Origin: Curvularia clavata
Taxonomy: Eukaryota
Direction of reading: 5' to 3'
DNA: 64,000 nt
NCBI GenBank assembly: GCA_023920165.1
Contig: CP089277.1
Coordinates: forward strand, 2,976,001 to 3,040,000
Below, piece by piece: positions 24,989 to 37,827 of this stretch. Both the position numbers and the translations under genes were made by a program. The notes below the pieces were generated by a model. It worked only from the letters and a program-made list of their open reading frames with translations, was not told the origin of the DNA and ran no database searches. How positions within the stretch are numbered: the stretch's first letter is position 1; the number at the start of each line of letters is the position of its first letter.

Positions 24989-25404
24989 ATGTACGCCTTC
25001 TACTTTGCTCTCATGCCTCTCTGGCTCGCATCCGCAAACCCCATTATCCAACGCACCGACACCAATGCCTGCACGCGCGCATCTGGCGGCTGTCCCGGTG
25101 TAAGTTCGCGGCCTCTCAAACAAACTGGAACACCCAAATTGCGTCCCTAACTGCTCCACAGGTATGCGTTACATCCGATACCGGCGACGTATGTCAGGTC
25201 ACACAGGGAGATACATGTTTGAATTTCCCTTGCGGGTATAGAGATGGGTTTTATACAGGTGTAAGTACTTGGGGCGAGATGTGCATCTTAAAAGGGAGTA
25301 GTGACTGAGTGAGGTGCAAACAGTGTGATCGGAGGCAGGATAAGCCGGCTTGTACGGCGTATGGGGATGGGGCAGGGAGTCAGTGTCTCAAGCCGACGTA
25401 CTAG
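24989..25404 (+). CDS. Small secreted cysteine-rich protein (96 aa, 9 Cys), candidate effector or antimicrobial protein
   Basis: Exons 24989-25099, 25162-25260 and 25324-25404; both introns are GTAAGT...CAG, phase 0, with branch-like motifs. Product: MYAFYFALMPLWLASANPIIQRTDTNACTRASGGCPGVCVTSDTGDVCQVTQGDTCLNFPCGYRDGFYTGCDRRQDKPACTAYGDGAGSQCLKPTY*. Confidence 0.8.
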
Positions 25405-25828
25405 ATTGTGGACGAGATTTTCATCGGTTGATGGTGGGAACGAGTGACGCGCAGAGGGAGTTGGCATCGCGGTTTGATTGAGGTTATCAATAAAGAGGTC
25501 TGATCGTGATACCTTGTGCCCGAAGATAGTTATAGTGATCGGCTACCTATAGATCTAATGTAATTAGATAGTTTCACCGTTGGCCAGGTAGTACTTCAAG
25601 GGTCTGTTAAAACCTAGTTGAACATGTTCACTGCTATTATTTAGTGCTAATGTACCCCCTTCTTTGCTGGGATATTTTGGATTCATAGGCTGAAGAGTTG
25701 GAAAGGAACTAGAGGAGTTTCGAGTGCTATAGAGACCCATGAGTGTAAGCTTTGCCTAGAAGTATTCAATGTACGATATTAGTGCAACAAGTCGTAAATT
25801 TATGTACAAGCATGAAGAATGCGCAAAC

Positions 25829-26004
25829 TAGCTCTCCCACAACCAATAAAACCAGAAAATCAAAACAAGCCTACGTAATTACAAAAATAAGCTCTCAAGG
25901 CAGTAAATGCATGACAAACTACTGTAGCAAATACAGCTGCTTGTAAAAATAGAGTGGTTTTGTAGGCCGCCTTTTTCCGGTTTCACCACTTGTGGGAGAG
26001 GCTA
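25829..26004. mobile_element. Degenerate MITE-like element, copy 2, with terminal inverted repeats
   Basis: Perfect inverted ctctcccacaa...ttgtgggagag, extended imperfectly by aaaaccagaaaa / ttttccggtttca; homologous to 21321-21470. Confidence 0.65.
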
Positions 26005-26019
26005 GCAAAGATGACTCTA

Positions 26020-27413
26020 CTAGTATCTATATGATGGTTTCGACACGCTAGAGGTCGTCGAACTTGACCCATTGGAAGTGGGCCGAACGCCAGCGATTTC
26101 ATCCTTGTCCTTCTTCCCAAGGACAACGCGGTCACACCATGAGCACCAGCTCCTCAGCTCACCCTTGACTTCGCGCTCGAGGTACTGTATGGACTTTTCC
26201 TTCTCGTCTTCGTACAGCTTGACGCATTCGCCAACACGCACTTGCTTCTTGTGCTTCACTTTCAGAACCCCACCAATTCCCTCGATCTCTTGCGTGAGAT
26301 AGCACGTACCCCGCCAGCGTTCAGGCGACTCTGACGAAGGGGTATGCGATCTTTCGATTGTATCCAAAAGATCTTGCTCGCACGTCTCGTGCTCGACAAC
26401 TCGTGCGCTAAGACAAGCACAGCCTCGTCCGCACTCGACGCCTTCGTTACCTTCGCCAGCTCCTGTGCCGACTCCGCCTAGATAGTGACTATATCGTGTG
26501 CGCCAACTCCATCCGCGAACGTACATTGTGTCCGCGTTTCGCAGGTCCTTTCCGCATGGTGCGCAAAGCCATATCACATTGTCGCAATTGCATGGGGTGC
26601 GTTCAAATGCGGGTGCTGTAAAGGCCCTTGGCTTGTCGCTTTCAAAAACTACTGGGCGCTCGTTGGGCGATCCAGGTGGTGAAGAGTCAGATGAGGATCG
26701 CTGCTTTGGAGCAGCCATCAGCAATGGAAGCGGTGCCTTTGTACATGTCCGACAGAGTCGACGATGCCGAGCTCGAAGTGCAGGCGTCGGCGGTGGCTTC
26801 ATAGTGCAGTTCTGGGACATCCATTAGCCCCCCATCCCTCTACACTCGTTTAGACGACATACTCGGCAAACAACAGTCCCACAGCGCTGACATTCTCCCA
26901 CCATATCGCGAGCACAGATTCCAACGCGCCCAGTAGTCAACCTTCCTTCATGTGCCCTGGCATGTCGGCCTGCTTGAGACAACGAACTTGGCTGTTCACC
27001 AAGTTCAGCATCTTCATTGACGCAGTGCAGCGTGTGCTTCACAAGTTGACTACGGTATTCAAGCAGGTTCGCACGAAACTGCCTACATGTGCGAGACAGA
27101 TCATGAAGCGTGTTGAGGTCGAGCTGGGCGGCGAGCTGGCTTACTATTCTGTGTGGTTACCATGGTTAGCATACATCAGGGTGTGGAGTCAAGTCCATGC
27201 TATGGCTAAAGCTCACGGATAGCAGCTCAGGGCAGCGCTGAATCCATTCTTGTTTGGGTTCGGTCTTTCGTCTGCTACACTCGCCCTTTGCTCACTCTCT
27301 ACCGTCGAGTCGTTAAGAGAGTGGTGCAGTGGCTTGACATTTAGTAGGCCAGACGCGTGAGGGGCTTGCAACGAAGGCGGTTCTTCGTCTTCTAGATCAA
27401 CTAGGACAACCAT
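26020..27413 (-). CDS. F-box-like domain protein with Cys-rich (putative Zn-binding) regions
   Basis: FSAALSCYP/IVSQLAAQLDLNTLHDLSRTCRQFRANL is F-box-like; several CxxC clusters (CQRCGTVVCR, CRTC, CNC...CAPC, WCSWC); two introns. Confidence 0.7.
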
Positions 27414-29203
27414 TGTTGGTAGCTGCCAGAATAACGTGCAGCATCCAAGCTAGGCAGCGCAAGAAACGCAAGAATGGTGAGTGTCTTTGACAGCGGGACG
27501 GTGTCGAACTTGTGACGACGGAAGCTTGATCGCGTTGGCGGGGCGCTTGGCACTACGCGGCTTTAGTTGCGTGGTTGCGTCTTCTACTTTACGCGTCTCG
27601 AAGACTCCTAGTCACGTGTGTGAGTAGTCAATAACATCGTATAGACGCCATGACAATGCATGGAGCAGCATATAGTAAATGAAGCAGGTGAAGAAAGTCA
27701 TAAATCTCGATGCAATCGCTCTCGACGAAGAGATAGGATTACTCATGTAGTGTGTCACGTGAAGGTCAAAACGGCCATGGTGATTTCATGGATGCACATA
27801 GGTACCGATCTACGACTTCTCCATGTAGTGTACTTGGACAAAGTATCTCCCAATTTATGGTCTCATCTCATGGTGTGCCGTATTCGGCTCTTGATTGTCT
27901 TTCTCTGACCACCATACCACCATCTACTCTTTTCCAATCCTACGGCTTACCGCTAGCGGGTACTCGACATCACAACGCGACGGTATGAACAGTTGGCCCC
28001 GTCTGAAACTTTCCCCCATCTGATTCAGCCTGGAGATGGATGCATCGTCCAAGCATCGGATCAATATCATTTGAATTCGTAGAGGAGACGCTAGGCGTCG
28101 CTCATAATTCAATATGTAGCCACAATCAGGCCTGCGAACGATAGCTCATCGCCGATAATTTCTTCCAACCAGCAATCAAACAGGTCAGCTTACTACACAT
28201 ATCGCTATTTCTCCTATTCCATAAGAAGCGATGAGCATATCCACAACTCACGTCAGATTTGGTATGGTTGAACAATGACAAGGCTGACTGGAAGGCTGAT
28301 CCTCTATCGCTAGTGAGTTGTACAGAAATTGTACCTCATATCCTACAAAATATTCGCTCCTATAAGAGGATCAGTACTAAAATTTCGAGTGCGGTCGGGC
28401 CTGCTCGAACCCAAGCAAATCTAAAACAAGGATAATAAAAATTTCAGTTCAATCTACATGGAGGGTCGAATGATCACAGTGAGGGCCAGAATCTCAATAT
28501 GCGAACATAAGAAACTACTCTCTCCAACAAAAGAGAGCATGGCTTAGCCACTACGGAATATCAGGAACCCAGCTAGTACTTGCTTGTGGTTCGGCACTAG
28601 TACCCTATGTGTCTGATGCTATGTACATGTAGCTAGCATAGGGCGTTCCAACACGCCACAAACATTAAACACTTTCCATTGCGGAGGATTTCTCAGCTGC
28701 CGATGGAATGAGCCAGAAGTCTCTCCAAACCAGGGTTGTCCTCACGTTGCACACCTCTCGTGTCTATAAACCCCAGTTACGGCTCTCCGCGGTGCGGGCC
28801 GGATCAGGACTTGCAGCCGTTATCGATAACCGCGGGGAAGAGGCAATATACCAAAGTTGAGACAGGTTCCCCACTACTTGTCCACATACGAATAGCTGCT
28901 CAGCATGCCGGTGTACGCCCTGGTTTGTGCATCCTCCATGCGTCTGATATGCAGGCGCCATCAGACACTAATGCTGCCACCACGGGATCGGTACTCCACT
29001 AACGCAATGCCCAGCGGCAAGGAAAGGCTCGTCGTTCGTAGAGGTGATTAATTTATAAAAGCTGATGTTCCTACCCATCCTGGATCGCTTCTTACCCGTT
29101 GTTTCTCGCTGGAGCTCTCTAAGGTACTCTCCTCTATTCACACCCTGTCTTGTAGCATTTTCTAGGAACAAAAGAAGCCCAATAATACATATCGGTCAAC
29201 ACC

Positions 29204-30522
29204 ATGGCTACTTTTCTAATTCGCGATGTCCGGATTTTTGATGGCGAACAGACCATCGAAGAGGGATACGCACATATCCAGGATGGCAAGATCAAGTCCG
29301 TGGGACCAATGAGCAGTATGCCACAAGAGTCACTGAAGACATATTCCAAACCAGGACACACGCTTCTCCCTGGCCTGATCGACTGTCATATTCATGCCGA
29401 TCGAGCCGACCCAGAGGCCCTCCCTCAGGCTCTAAGATTCGGTGTTACTACGGTGTGCGACATGCAAAACGAGATTGAGAACGTACAAAAACTCAAAAAG
29501 CAGACTCTGGAGCCAGACACAGCATCCTACAAGACTGCAGGCCAAGCCGCGACTATCGAGAACGGCTGGCCAATCCCCGTGATTGTGGCCCACGACAAGA
29601 GTGAAGAGACGGCCGCTGCCATCGCTAAGTGGCCAAAGTTGACTGACCGCCAGAGCGTTGTCGAGTACCTGGAATGGACAAAGAAGGAGATGCAACCAGA
29701 CTACATCAAACTCATGCACGAGAGCGGAACAATCATGGGCTACAATCTTAGCTACCCCTCTGTTGAGCTGCAGAGTATCATTATCGAAGAGGCGAGGAAG
29801 CGCGGATACCTCACTGTCGCACACGCCACATGTATCAAAGACACACTGGATGTTCTCAAAGCAGGCGTGGATGGTCTGACACACACATTCTGTGACCAGC
29901 CACCGACGCAGGAACTCATCGATGCGTACAAGAAGAACAACGCCTGGGTGAACCCCACGCTTGTTGCCATGGGCAGCTTAACGACGGAGGGCAAAGAGCT
30001 ACAGCACAAGTTTGCGCACGACCCAAGGGTCAAGGGATTGATCAGTGAAGATCGTGTGGGGAACATGTGCGCGTGCATGGGCTTTGCTGCAGGCAAGGGA
30101 AAAGTCGAGTATGCTTATCAGGGGGTTAAGGCACTAAAGGATGCCGGCATTGATATCTTATGGTGAGAAAACCATCTGCTCTCATGAGTACTTGGGTATT
30201 ATACAGACCGCTGACAACTCGCAGTGGAAGTGATTCTGCCGGCCCTGCAGTCGGCACAGCGTTTGGTCTCTCTATGCACCACGAGCTCTACCTATATGTG
30301 CACAATGTAGGCATGACACCCGCGGAAGCACTTCGCTCCGCAACTAGCTTGGTTGCGAAGCGATTCAAGTTCGAAGACCGTGGCCGCTTGACAGAGGGCC
30401 TGAATGCTGATTTGCTACTTGTTGAGGGCAACCCGCTGGAGGACATTGATGCGACGCTAAACATTCGTGGTGTATGGCGCGACGGAAAGGTGTGCAGTGT
30501 GTATGCTGAGAAGCTGGAGTAA
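29204..30522 (+). CDS. Metal-dependent amidohydrolase (imidazolonepropionase-like TIM barrel)
   Basis: LLPGLIDCHIH (HxH), VAHA, GLTH, GSD, TPAEALRSATS and GRLTEGLNADLLLVEGNP motifs; one intron near 30163-30223. Confidence 0.9.
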
Positions 30523-31459
30523 TCTGTACAGGCCTGAAGGAGATACCTCGCGGCTAAGAACAAAAGATCTCTGCTTCTAAATGAAGCATATTCATCATGA
30601 ATGCAATCGATTACTCCATCTTCTTCTTTGCTAGGGGATGGAAATGACCCTGTAGTCCAGAAGCACTCATATCAAAATAAGACAAACGAGAGTCATGTGT
30701 ATGACTTACAATGTTATTCAGGTTTCTTGTAAGATTAAATGGTTGTAACTGCCAAACATACACAAGCCGTGATCTGGCATAGTGGGTATCAACTGCTTTT
30801 CAGTCACATTTAAATACACACTTTGTCACTGTTCATTGTAACAATCCAGTCCGTATAACACCCTATAGTGAAGCATCATACACAAAATTGCCCTGTGCGA
30901 AAACAAGAGGGCCGTCAGCGCACTTTCCAACCCCGAACTAGCTCCGTTTCGGACCTCCTATACCAACATACTCGATTTTTCGCTTGCAGACTCAGTAAAC
31001 ATGACTGAACACACTCACGTTCTAAAATCCGAATAAAATCCAGGCACTTATCCGCAAAATCTATTTCAGTCAAGCAGTTATCCAGCAACATAAGCGTGGG
31101 CCGTGTTCCCAGATGCACGATGACGTATGATTTCTCAGCAACCTAATTATTCATCTATCGCACTGCCAACAGCGCTTACGGGCCAACACCGAAAACAGCG
31201 ACGTTATTTTCACAACTCAAGACAAAATTTGTAAACAGCAGATGATGGAGAAAATGATATATAAACTAAGTATCATGATGCATTCAAGATGTATCAACAG
31301 CATCTCCACAGGTTTTAACAGGACATCCGCGATAATACCCCTTGACCGGACCTCCGTATCTACAATTTGAGAACCTACTTCTTAATCTTATAATATAATA
31401 CCACTTTTGTTGAGAAGCCAAGCTCCTTCTATCAAGCAACACCTCTTGTTCCCTTCACC

Positions 31460-32221
31460 ATGCCGCACGCCATAGTCGAGACATCGACACATCTCCCCCT
31501 AAACACCAAATCACACACGAAATCGCATACCAAAAAGTCGTCCCCAAACCGCGCTGTCTCCATCGTACTAGACCAACTCTTCGCCCACCAAGCCCTCTAC
31601 TATGCATCGCCCCTCTCCCAGACCCTCACCACGCGTCTCCGCACAGTCCAGAAAACCAGCCCCGTACCAATTACTGGAATCCTCTCTCTCGGATTGGGCA
31701 GCCTCTTTGAGACTAAAGGGCAAACAAGGCGACTAAAACAGCTCGCCATCTTCCTCGGGCTACGCGACACACTGCAGCATCTTTCGAGTACACGGATACA
31801 ACTCTTCGCGCAAGACCCTTCGTTCTCACGGCACGACGAGGCACTGCTCAGTAGTCTCGATATCCAAATTGTGCGTACGCCAGAAGCGTCGCAATTAGGC
31901 GAGGCGGAGGCTGTCCTAGGCCCACAGACGATTGTGTACGCGCCGTTCCTGACGCTGGATGCGTACGGAAGTTTGCTTGTTGGGGCCAGGAAACCCGTGC
32001 CGTACCTACTTGGTGATGATTTTGAGGCGCTGGAGACAAAATGGCCGAGGTATAGTGCTGAGAGGGCGCAGGTGGAAGAGGTGATGCACAGGGGTTTGGC
32101 GAGGTATCGCAGGAGAAAGGTGGAAGTGCATGGTTTTTGGGAAGAAGAAGATAGGAGTTTTCCTATGGCGTGGTATGAGTTGGCGGGGAAGAAGGGGGTG
32201 GAGGTAAGGGGTAAGCTTTGA
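31460..32221 (+). CDS. SRR1-domain (sensitivity to red light reduced-like) protein
   Basis: Intronless 253-aa ORF with ILSLGLGSL, QLAIF, AQDPSFSRHDEALLSSLDI and TIVYAPF motifs. Confidence 0.7.
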   Translation: MPHAIVETSTHLPLNTKSHTKSHTKKSSPNRAVSIVLDQLFAHQALYYASPLSQTLTTRLRTVQKTSPVPITGILSLGLGSLFETKGQTRRLKQLAIFLGLRDTLQHLSSTRIQLFAQDPSFSRHDEALLSSLDIQIVRTPEASQLGEAEAVLGPQTIVYAPFLTLDAYGSLLVGARKPVPYLLGDDFEALETKWPRYSAERAQVEEVMHRGLARYRRRKVEVHGFWEEEDRSFPMAWYELAGKKGVEVRGKL

Positions 32222-32565
32222 GGACAGTAAAAGAACTAAGACATAGACTATTACTATTTTTGTTTGTCTGAGATACTTTGGTTTGTCCAACTCAGATACT
32301 GGTGCTGCGTGTGATCGGTTCGTTTCGCGCCGATACGTTTTGGACATGGCAACGGAAACTGATCGTTCCGCTCGGGGACTTCTAAAAAGAACTTGCCGAA
32401 AAACGGCCTAATTACAGTTTCTAGAAGGATTTGTCGCGCTGAATACAATTTGACAGCGGATGTGAAACACGTGTGAGAGACATGGATGCTAGCGCTAGTT
32501 TGAGCTTACTGGAAATAAGCTCATTACAATATCAACGACAATTATTATGTGAGGCGAGTTTTCGT

Positions 32566-33387
32566 TCATCGATAAGTGATCTTATCCGGTAAAGCAGCAG
32601 TAGGTGCTTCCGACCTCTGCGTATCCACGGCATCGGCCTCGACAGGCACCGGGTCAATCTTATCAACCTTATGCGCGCGCCCGAATCCCAGGGGCTGCGG
32701 CTTCTTGTAGTGTTCGCGCGTCTCCTGTGCGAACCCCGTATTAATGTTCTCGTGATCATCCGCCTTGCTATCCTGTCTCTTGACCGCACCGACCACCTCC
32801 AGCCCCTCTGCGTCCTTTCCCAGCGCAGCAGAGGCCCTCCTCCTGTGCTCCACTTTCTCAATCACCTTGCGACACACATCCTTGTGCGCCAGTTCCATCT
32901 TGCCCTTGACAAATGGCATGAGCCACCACGAACACGAAACTTCCACGTCCTCAACAAGCACCCACTTTGCGTCTCCCACGCCCATGCCCTCGCCCTCGAC
33001 CTCGCTCCCCACCTCGCCATTCTCTACAACCCGGAACTCAGCGCGCACAGTCACACCCGCCGCGGCGTCTGCTCGTGACTTGATCCCCTGCCTTGTATCC
33101 TGGAAAGAGGCGGGGAAGGTGATGTACTTCTTGCCCATTTCACCGATACCAGGGAACCATGTAATACATTCTGTGACGTGGTAGGTGGAGATTGGGTACT
33201 GGTCCGGCGGGAACCAATATGTGTCTTTGAGGGTAGAAGGCGGGGTAGAAGGCGCTTTTGTGTGGCCGCAGGTAAGGGCTTGTAGTGTGAGCGCTGTTTC
33301 GTGGTCGTGGAGGGCAGCGACGACTTCGGAGGGTTGGATGTGAGCGGGTACTTGGTGAGCGACATGTAGGTGGTGTTTTGAGCTCAT
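32566..33387 (-). CDS. Conserved fungal hypothetical protein (DUF7053-like)
   Basis: Long ORF with VVAALHDH, YHVTE, ADAAAGV and LVEDVEVSCSWWLMPFVK...AHKDVC patterns. Confidence 0.65.
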   Translation of the reverse strand: MSSKHHLHVAHQVPAHIQPSEVVAALHDHETALTLQALTCGHTKAPSTPPSTLKDTYWFPPDQYPISTYHVTECITWFPGIGEMGKKYITFPASFQDTRQGIKSRADAAAGVTVRAEFRVVENGEVGSEVEGEGMGVGDAKWVLVEDVEVSCSWWLMPFVKGKMELAHKDVCRKVIEKVEHRRRASAALGKDAEGLEVVGAVKRQDSKADDHENINTGFAQETREHYKKPQPLGFGRAHKVDKIDPVPVEADAVDTQRSEAPTAALPDKITYR

Positions 33388-33921
33388 GTTGGTGCTAGAT
33401 CCGTCGGGGCGGTCCGTCAAGTGTGAATTGGCTCCGAGTGTTGTGTGTCGCTCAGCGTACGCAGGCGGGTATATATATTATGTACAAAGAGGCGCTGGGC
33501 TAGATCTCGAACTAAGAGGGCTGGCGGTGGTTACGATTATCGACTACGATTAGTACTAGGTTCAGCTCAAAAGTTTACAAAGGAAGTTTGGCTGGCGAAG
33601 CGTAGTGCAGAAGCGCGGAAAAGAAGCAATTAAGCATCCGATGAGGCTGCAGGGAACCATGCTGATGCATATCGTGTTGCTGACTGAGGCGCTGCTATTA
33701 CAAGGCTGAGACAAGGAGTCATGGGTCCAACTTGCGACACGTAGTGGAGGGGCTGAACATAGCATAGCGCCGCGCTTGACCGTCAAGGAGATAGCGTACG
33801 TCATTGTCTACGCCAATGATAATGTATAGATGCATAACACCGTAGTACACACGTAGACACTGCAGGTATTGGAGAAAAGCCAGTTTGGTGCTCGATAAAT
33901 GTTCAGCTCCTATTACAGAAT

Positions 33922-35571
33922 CTAAATGGTATACTTGAAGCCCGCCAACCCCTCCCTCTCATCCATGGCCTCCCCATTCGCCCTCTGCCTCTCCACGACA
34001 GCGTTCTTCTTCCTAAAATAAATTGTGAAGCAAGCCAGCACAGCCAGAATGTAAAACTGCAGTCCAGCCGTGACCCAAAGGCCGGTGATATACCTCGGCG
34101 CCTCTTTTTGCGTGAAGGTTGTTGAAGCCAGAATACCGCCGATAGCACCGAAGCCAATCTGCAGGGCACTGCCCACCGACCTCTTGCTCTGGCCGCGGAT
34201 ATTGTTGCTCTGGTAGGCCAGGATAGCAGGGACATTGCCCTGGCATCCACAGACACCCAGGAACGTGCCAAAGTATCTTGCGCCGTTGTTCTTGGCGTAA
34301 GCGACAATCATTAGGCCGACGATGGTAATAATCGACTGGGCTGCAATAACGGGACCGCGAACACGGTACTTGTCGCCTAGCCATGCGAAGGTGAAGGCTG
34401 CAATCATGGCTGCGAGACTGGGTGGTGCGGAGAGGGCATTGGCCTGGCCGGCGTCGTAGCCCATGCCGAGCAGGATGACGGGCAGGAAGTAGCTGAAGGC
34501 GTAGGCAGGCATGGTGGTGCTCATGAAGAGGGTGGCGTAGCCCCATAGCTTGATGTCTTTGATGTGCAGCCAGAATTTCTCCCAGGTAAGCGGATCGTCG
34601 ACAGAGTCACCTCGGTCGTCCTCGATACGCTGCATGACGACTGCTGCTTCAGCGTGGGTGAGAAAGCCCTTCTTCTCCGCCTTGTCTGGGAAGTCTAGGA
34701 TGATGAACCAAGCAGCGACAGCGACGACGACGGTAATGATTCCTTCAATGATGAAGATCCATGACCAGCTGAAGTGGAGGTCAATGTCAGATTTCCATTC
34801 TCCAAGTTAGGTTTGGGTATCGGTTACTTACCCGCGAACACCTCCAACGCCCTCCATCTGCATCAAGCCATATGCCAGGATATTTGCAAGACCACCGATG
34901 CCGACTGAGAAGAGGTAGAAACCACCTAGTCTGCGTACTTGTCAGTCCACCATTCATTCACGTGTCCATCAAAACGCTCGCCTTACCTCTTCTGCGTCTC
35001 ATAGCGGCGGTACCAACACGTAATCAGGTAGACACAACCAGGAAAGAAACCAGCCTCAAACGCTCCAAGTAGAACCCGGCATATAGCAAGCGAAATCCAG
35101 CTCTTCACAAAACCCTGTCCAATCATCACTGCGCCCCACGACACGGCGATGAAAGAAAGCCAGTTTGCACTGCCCACCTTGCGTAGCACAATGTTTGACG
35201 GCAGCTCCAGGAGGAAGTAGGTGGGGAAAAACAGGACCAAGACGATTGTGTATCGGTCGCCAATGTCAAGACGAAGGTCCCTTCCCATTCCCGCGACTCG
35301 TGCGTTGGAAATCTAAGGAGTCTTGGTTAGAACCGTACTGAGCAAGGTATGTGACGCGTGAAAGAAAAGCATTACTTACATTGGTACGGTCAATGAGTGC
35401 AATCGAATACAGTGCCCCTAAGATGGGCAGCAGCCTCCAGTCGATCTTGCGGACCAGCTTCTTCTCTTCAATCTCATCGAAAGCATAGTCGGTGCTATGA
35501 CTGCCGCTCGCAGGCGGACTCACGTCTTCCTTGAGCTCCTGGCTCACTTTGAAATCTGCGTTGTTACTCAT
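33922..35571 (-). CDS. MFS transporter, anion:cation symporter / allantoate-nicotinate permease family
   Basis: EKKLVRKIDWRLLP, IDRTN(I)SNA, ELPSNIVLRK, EAGFFPG...WY and SWIFIIEGIIT motifs; many hydrophobic segments; three introns. Confidence 0.92.
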
Positions 35572-36773
35572 CGCGAATTTGAAATGGTCAGTCAAAAGAG
35601 ATGAAGGACCAAAGGGTTGAAGTCAACCAAAAAGAATGATCTGCAAGGGGGAGAATCCGGGGTAGCCGGTCCCCTTCCACTTATACCATCATGGGCACGT
35701 TCTCAGCCGAGGCGTTTTGCATAACTTGATCAAACTATTGTTTTCCAAGCCTTTGCCCTTGTCTTGCCTCCAGCCCTTCAACCACCTTGTTCAGACGGGC
35801 CGTCCAATAAGACGGGTACCCAGTTGCAGGCATGTCATCACGGACGAAAGACACGTGCATTAAGCTGGACCATCCGGGTCCTATTACATGCATACCAAGA
35901 GGTCCAAAGACATAGAAATCGGCGCGAAGTGTCTGGGTGAAGGACGTTTACCCTAGATAGGGAGTTGGTCCTAGAGCCACTAACCTCCACCTCGTCCACA
36001 ACGGGCTGCTCGGCGCAAAGACGAAAAGTCATGCCGAGAACAAAGTGTCCGCCGAGACGAAGAGACTCTAATGATGACAGGAGGTGAAGGGGAAGTCGAC
36101 CAATTATGACGCGGCAAGTCGAGATGCCCAGCGTTTCTGGGCGGACTGCGGCGGACTGGCCAAATTGCGGGGTTTTTCTTGGAAGATCTGGGGTCAATCC
36201 CATGTGTCAGACTTCCGGGCGTATGGTTGACTTTTAGGGTCTGTAGGTCGAAGCAGAACTACGATCTGACAGGACCGCTATGCTATCCAGAAACGGTGGT
36301 CTTTGCGGAAGTGAATCCGTGGTTGTCTGCTAATTACCTTTGCTATGAGCATTGAGATGTCGCGTAGTGCTGATCTCTGTCGTAGCTCATAGTCTCTAGT
36401 GAGCGGAGTAATACGTCCGTAGTTTTGTTGCCGCCGTGCGTCTCGATCGTGTGGCCATGCGATGGTCGCGTAGCGTATAGAGAGGGCGTGGAGGCGGAGC
36501 AGCGCTAGCGCCTCGGCGTGGAAGTGTCGGATACGAATCTCTCGGGCTTATCAAGTAGCGTATACCATCATTTGCAGTGACGGACCATATCAAACCTCGG
36601 ATCATACACTTGAAGCGGATAGTATCTGCTGTGGCTAGATTCAATCGTAAGAACACTCCATTTACTGTTCTAGTATAGACCAGTGCGCTCCAAATACACA
36701 TGCAAGTTTAAAAGAGAAGAGCGAAACAATACCGAAAGACAACACCTGAACTCCAAAACGCCATGAAAAGTTC

Positions 36774-37827
36774 TCATGCAGCACAAGCGTTGCCACCCGT
36801 TCCGACAAACACTACCTGAACGGCAGCAAAGCTACAATTATCAGCACCCACCTAAATACTGAGGGGAGATGCACTTACGCAGCAGTAATGGCAAAGGCTT
36901 CTGACCTCTTTGCGTCTGTAAGCAGTTTCAAGCATACGCTCACCAAGAGGTTGAACACGGCAATCACCCCTAGCTTGGTATAGGTCGATTGTAAGTTCAA
37001 CATGAGCAATATGGAGCAGACGGGAAGGATCGAAGTCAAAAAGCAAGTAAACCAGGACGTCAAGTTGAGGACCGTCGAGTCATGATACACCTTAGGACCC
37101 AAATTAGGGTCACCTCTTGTGAATCTGCCGAGCCCAAAACGAAATAGATGTACTGCTTTTTCTGCAATGAAGCCAGATAAGCCATCCGCCTTGAGGCGGG
37201 GATGTATTGCAATCAAATCCGGTGCTCGGTTCTCGGGACAGGCATAAGAGCCCCATGCCCATTGATCAACGCCTGTAAGCCAGTTTGGTCCCATGTCCTT
37301 GGCTTCCAGGAGGGACTGCATGTCGGTAAGATCGAATTTTTGTGGTGCTTTGAGTTGGGACAAGGTTGAGACTTGTATGAGCGCTTCGTCTAAATTGAGG
37401 GACTTGTTAGCACCACCAGTCAATTCCACGTCATGCAACACAGCCACTCACTGTATTCATTCAGTTTCTTGTGCATCGCCTTCACCAAGCCTAGCTGTAT
37501 GTTTCCCCTACCATCATGTCCTTCCAGCAGGTGCTGGTAGTTAACAGCATACCCCAGACCTTTGGCGTTGTCTTCCTCTTCAACCTCATGCAGTTTCTTT
37601 TCCAGAATAGAAAGCTCGGCTTGAAGATACAGTAGGTGCCGTGCATTGAGAGCGTCGAACCGGCGATAGATAGCCGTCTCCGGTTTCAAGGCAGTACGCT
37701 CGGCTATCATGGGATAACCGCCTGGGTGTTTTGTCCATGAAGGTGTAAAGGGGTTGCTCTCTTGGTTTGCCTTTTCTGAGTTTGCCTTGTTTGCACGTCC
37801 TGCCTCTATATCACCCAGCTCGGTCAT
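36774..37827 (-). CDS. DUF6594-like membrane protein
   Basis: GYP...IYRRFDALNARHLLYLQAELSILEKKL motif; C-terminal TM segments ending AITAA/FAAVQVVFVG; two introns. Confidence 0.8.

Noticed and set aside
28383..28412. GGTTCGA B-box-like motif on the minus strand suggesting a tRNA
   Set aside because: No cloverleaf or A-box could be built.
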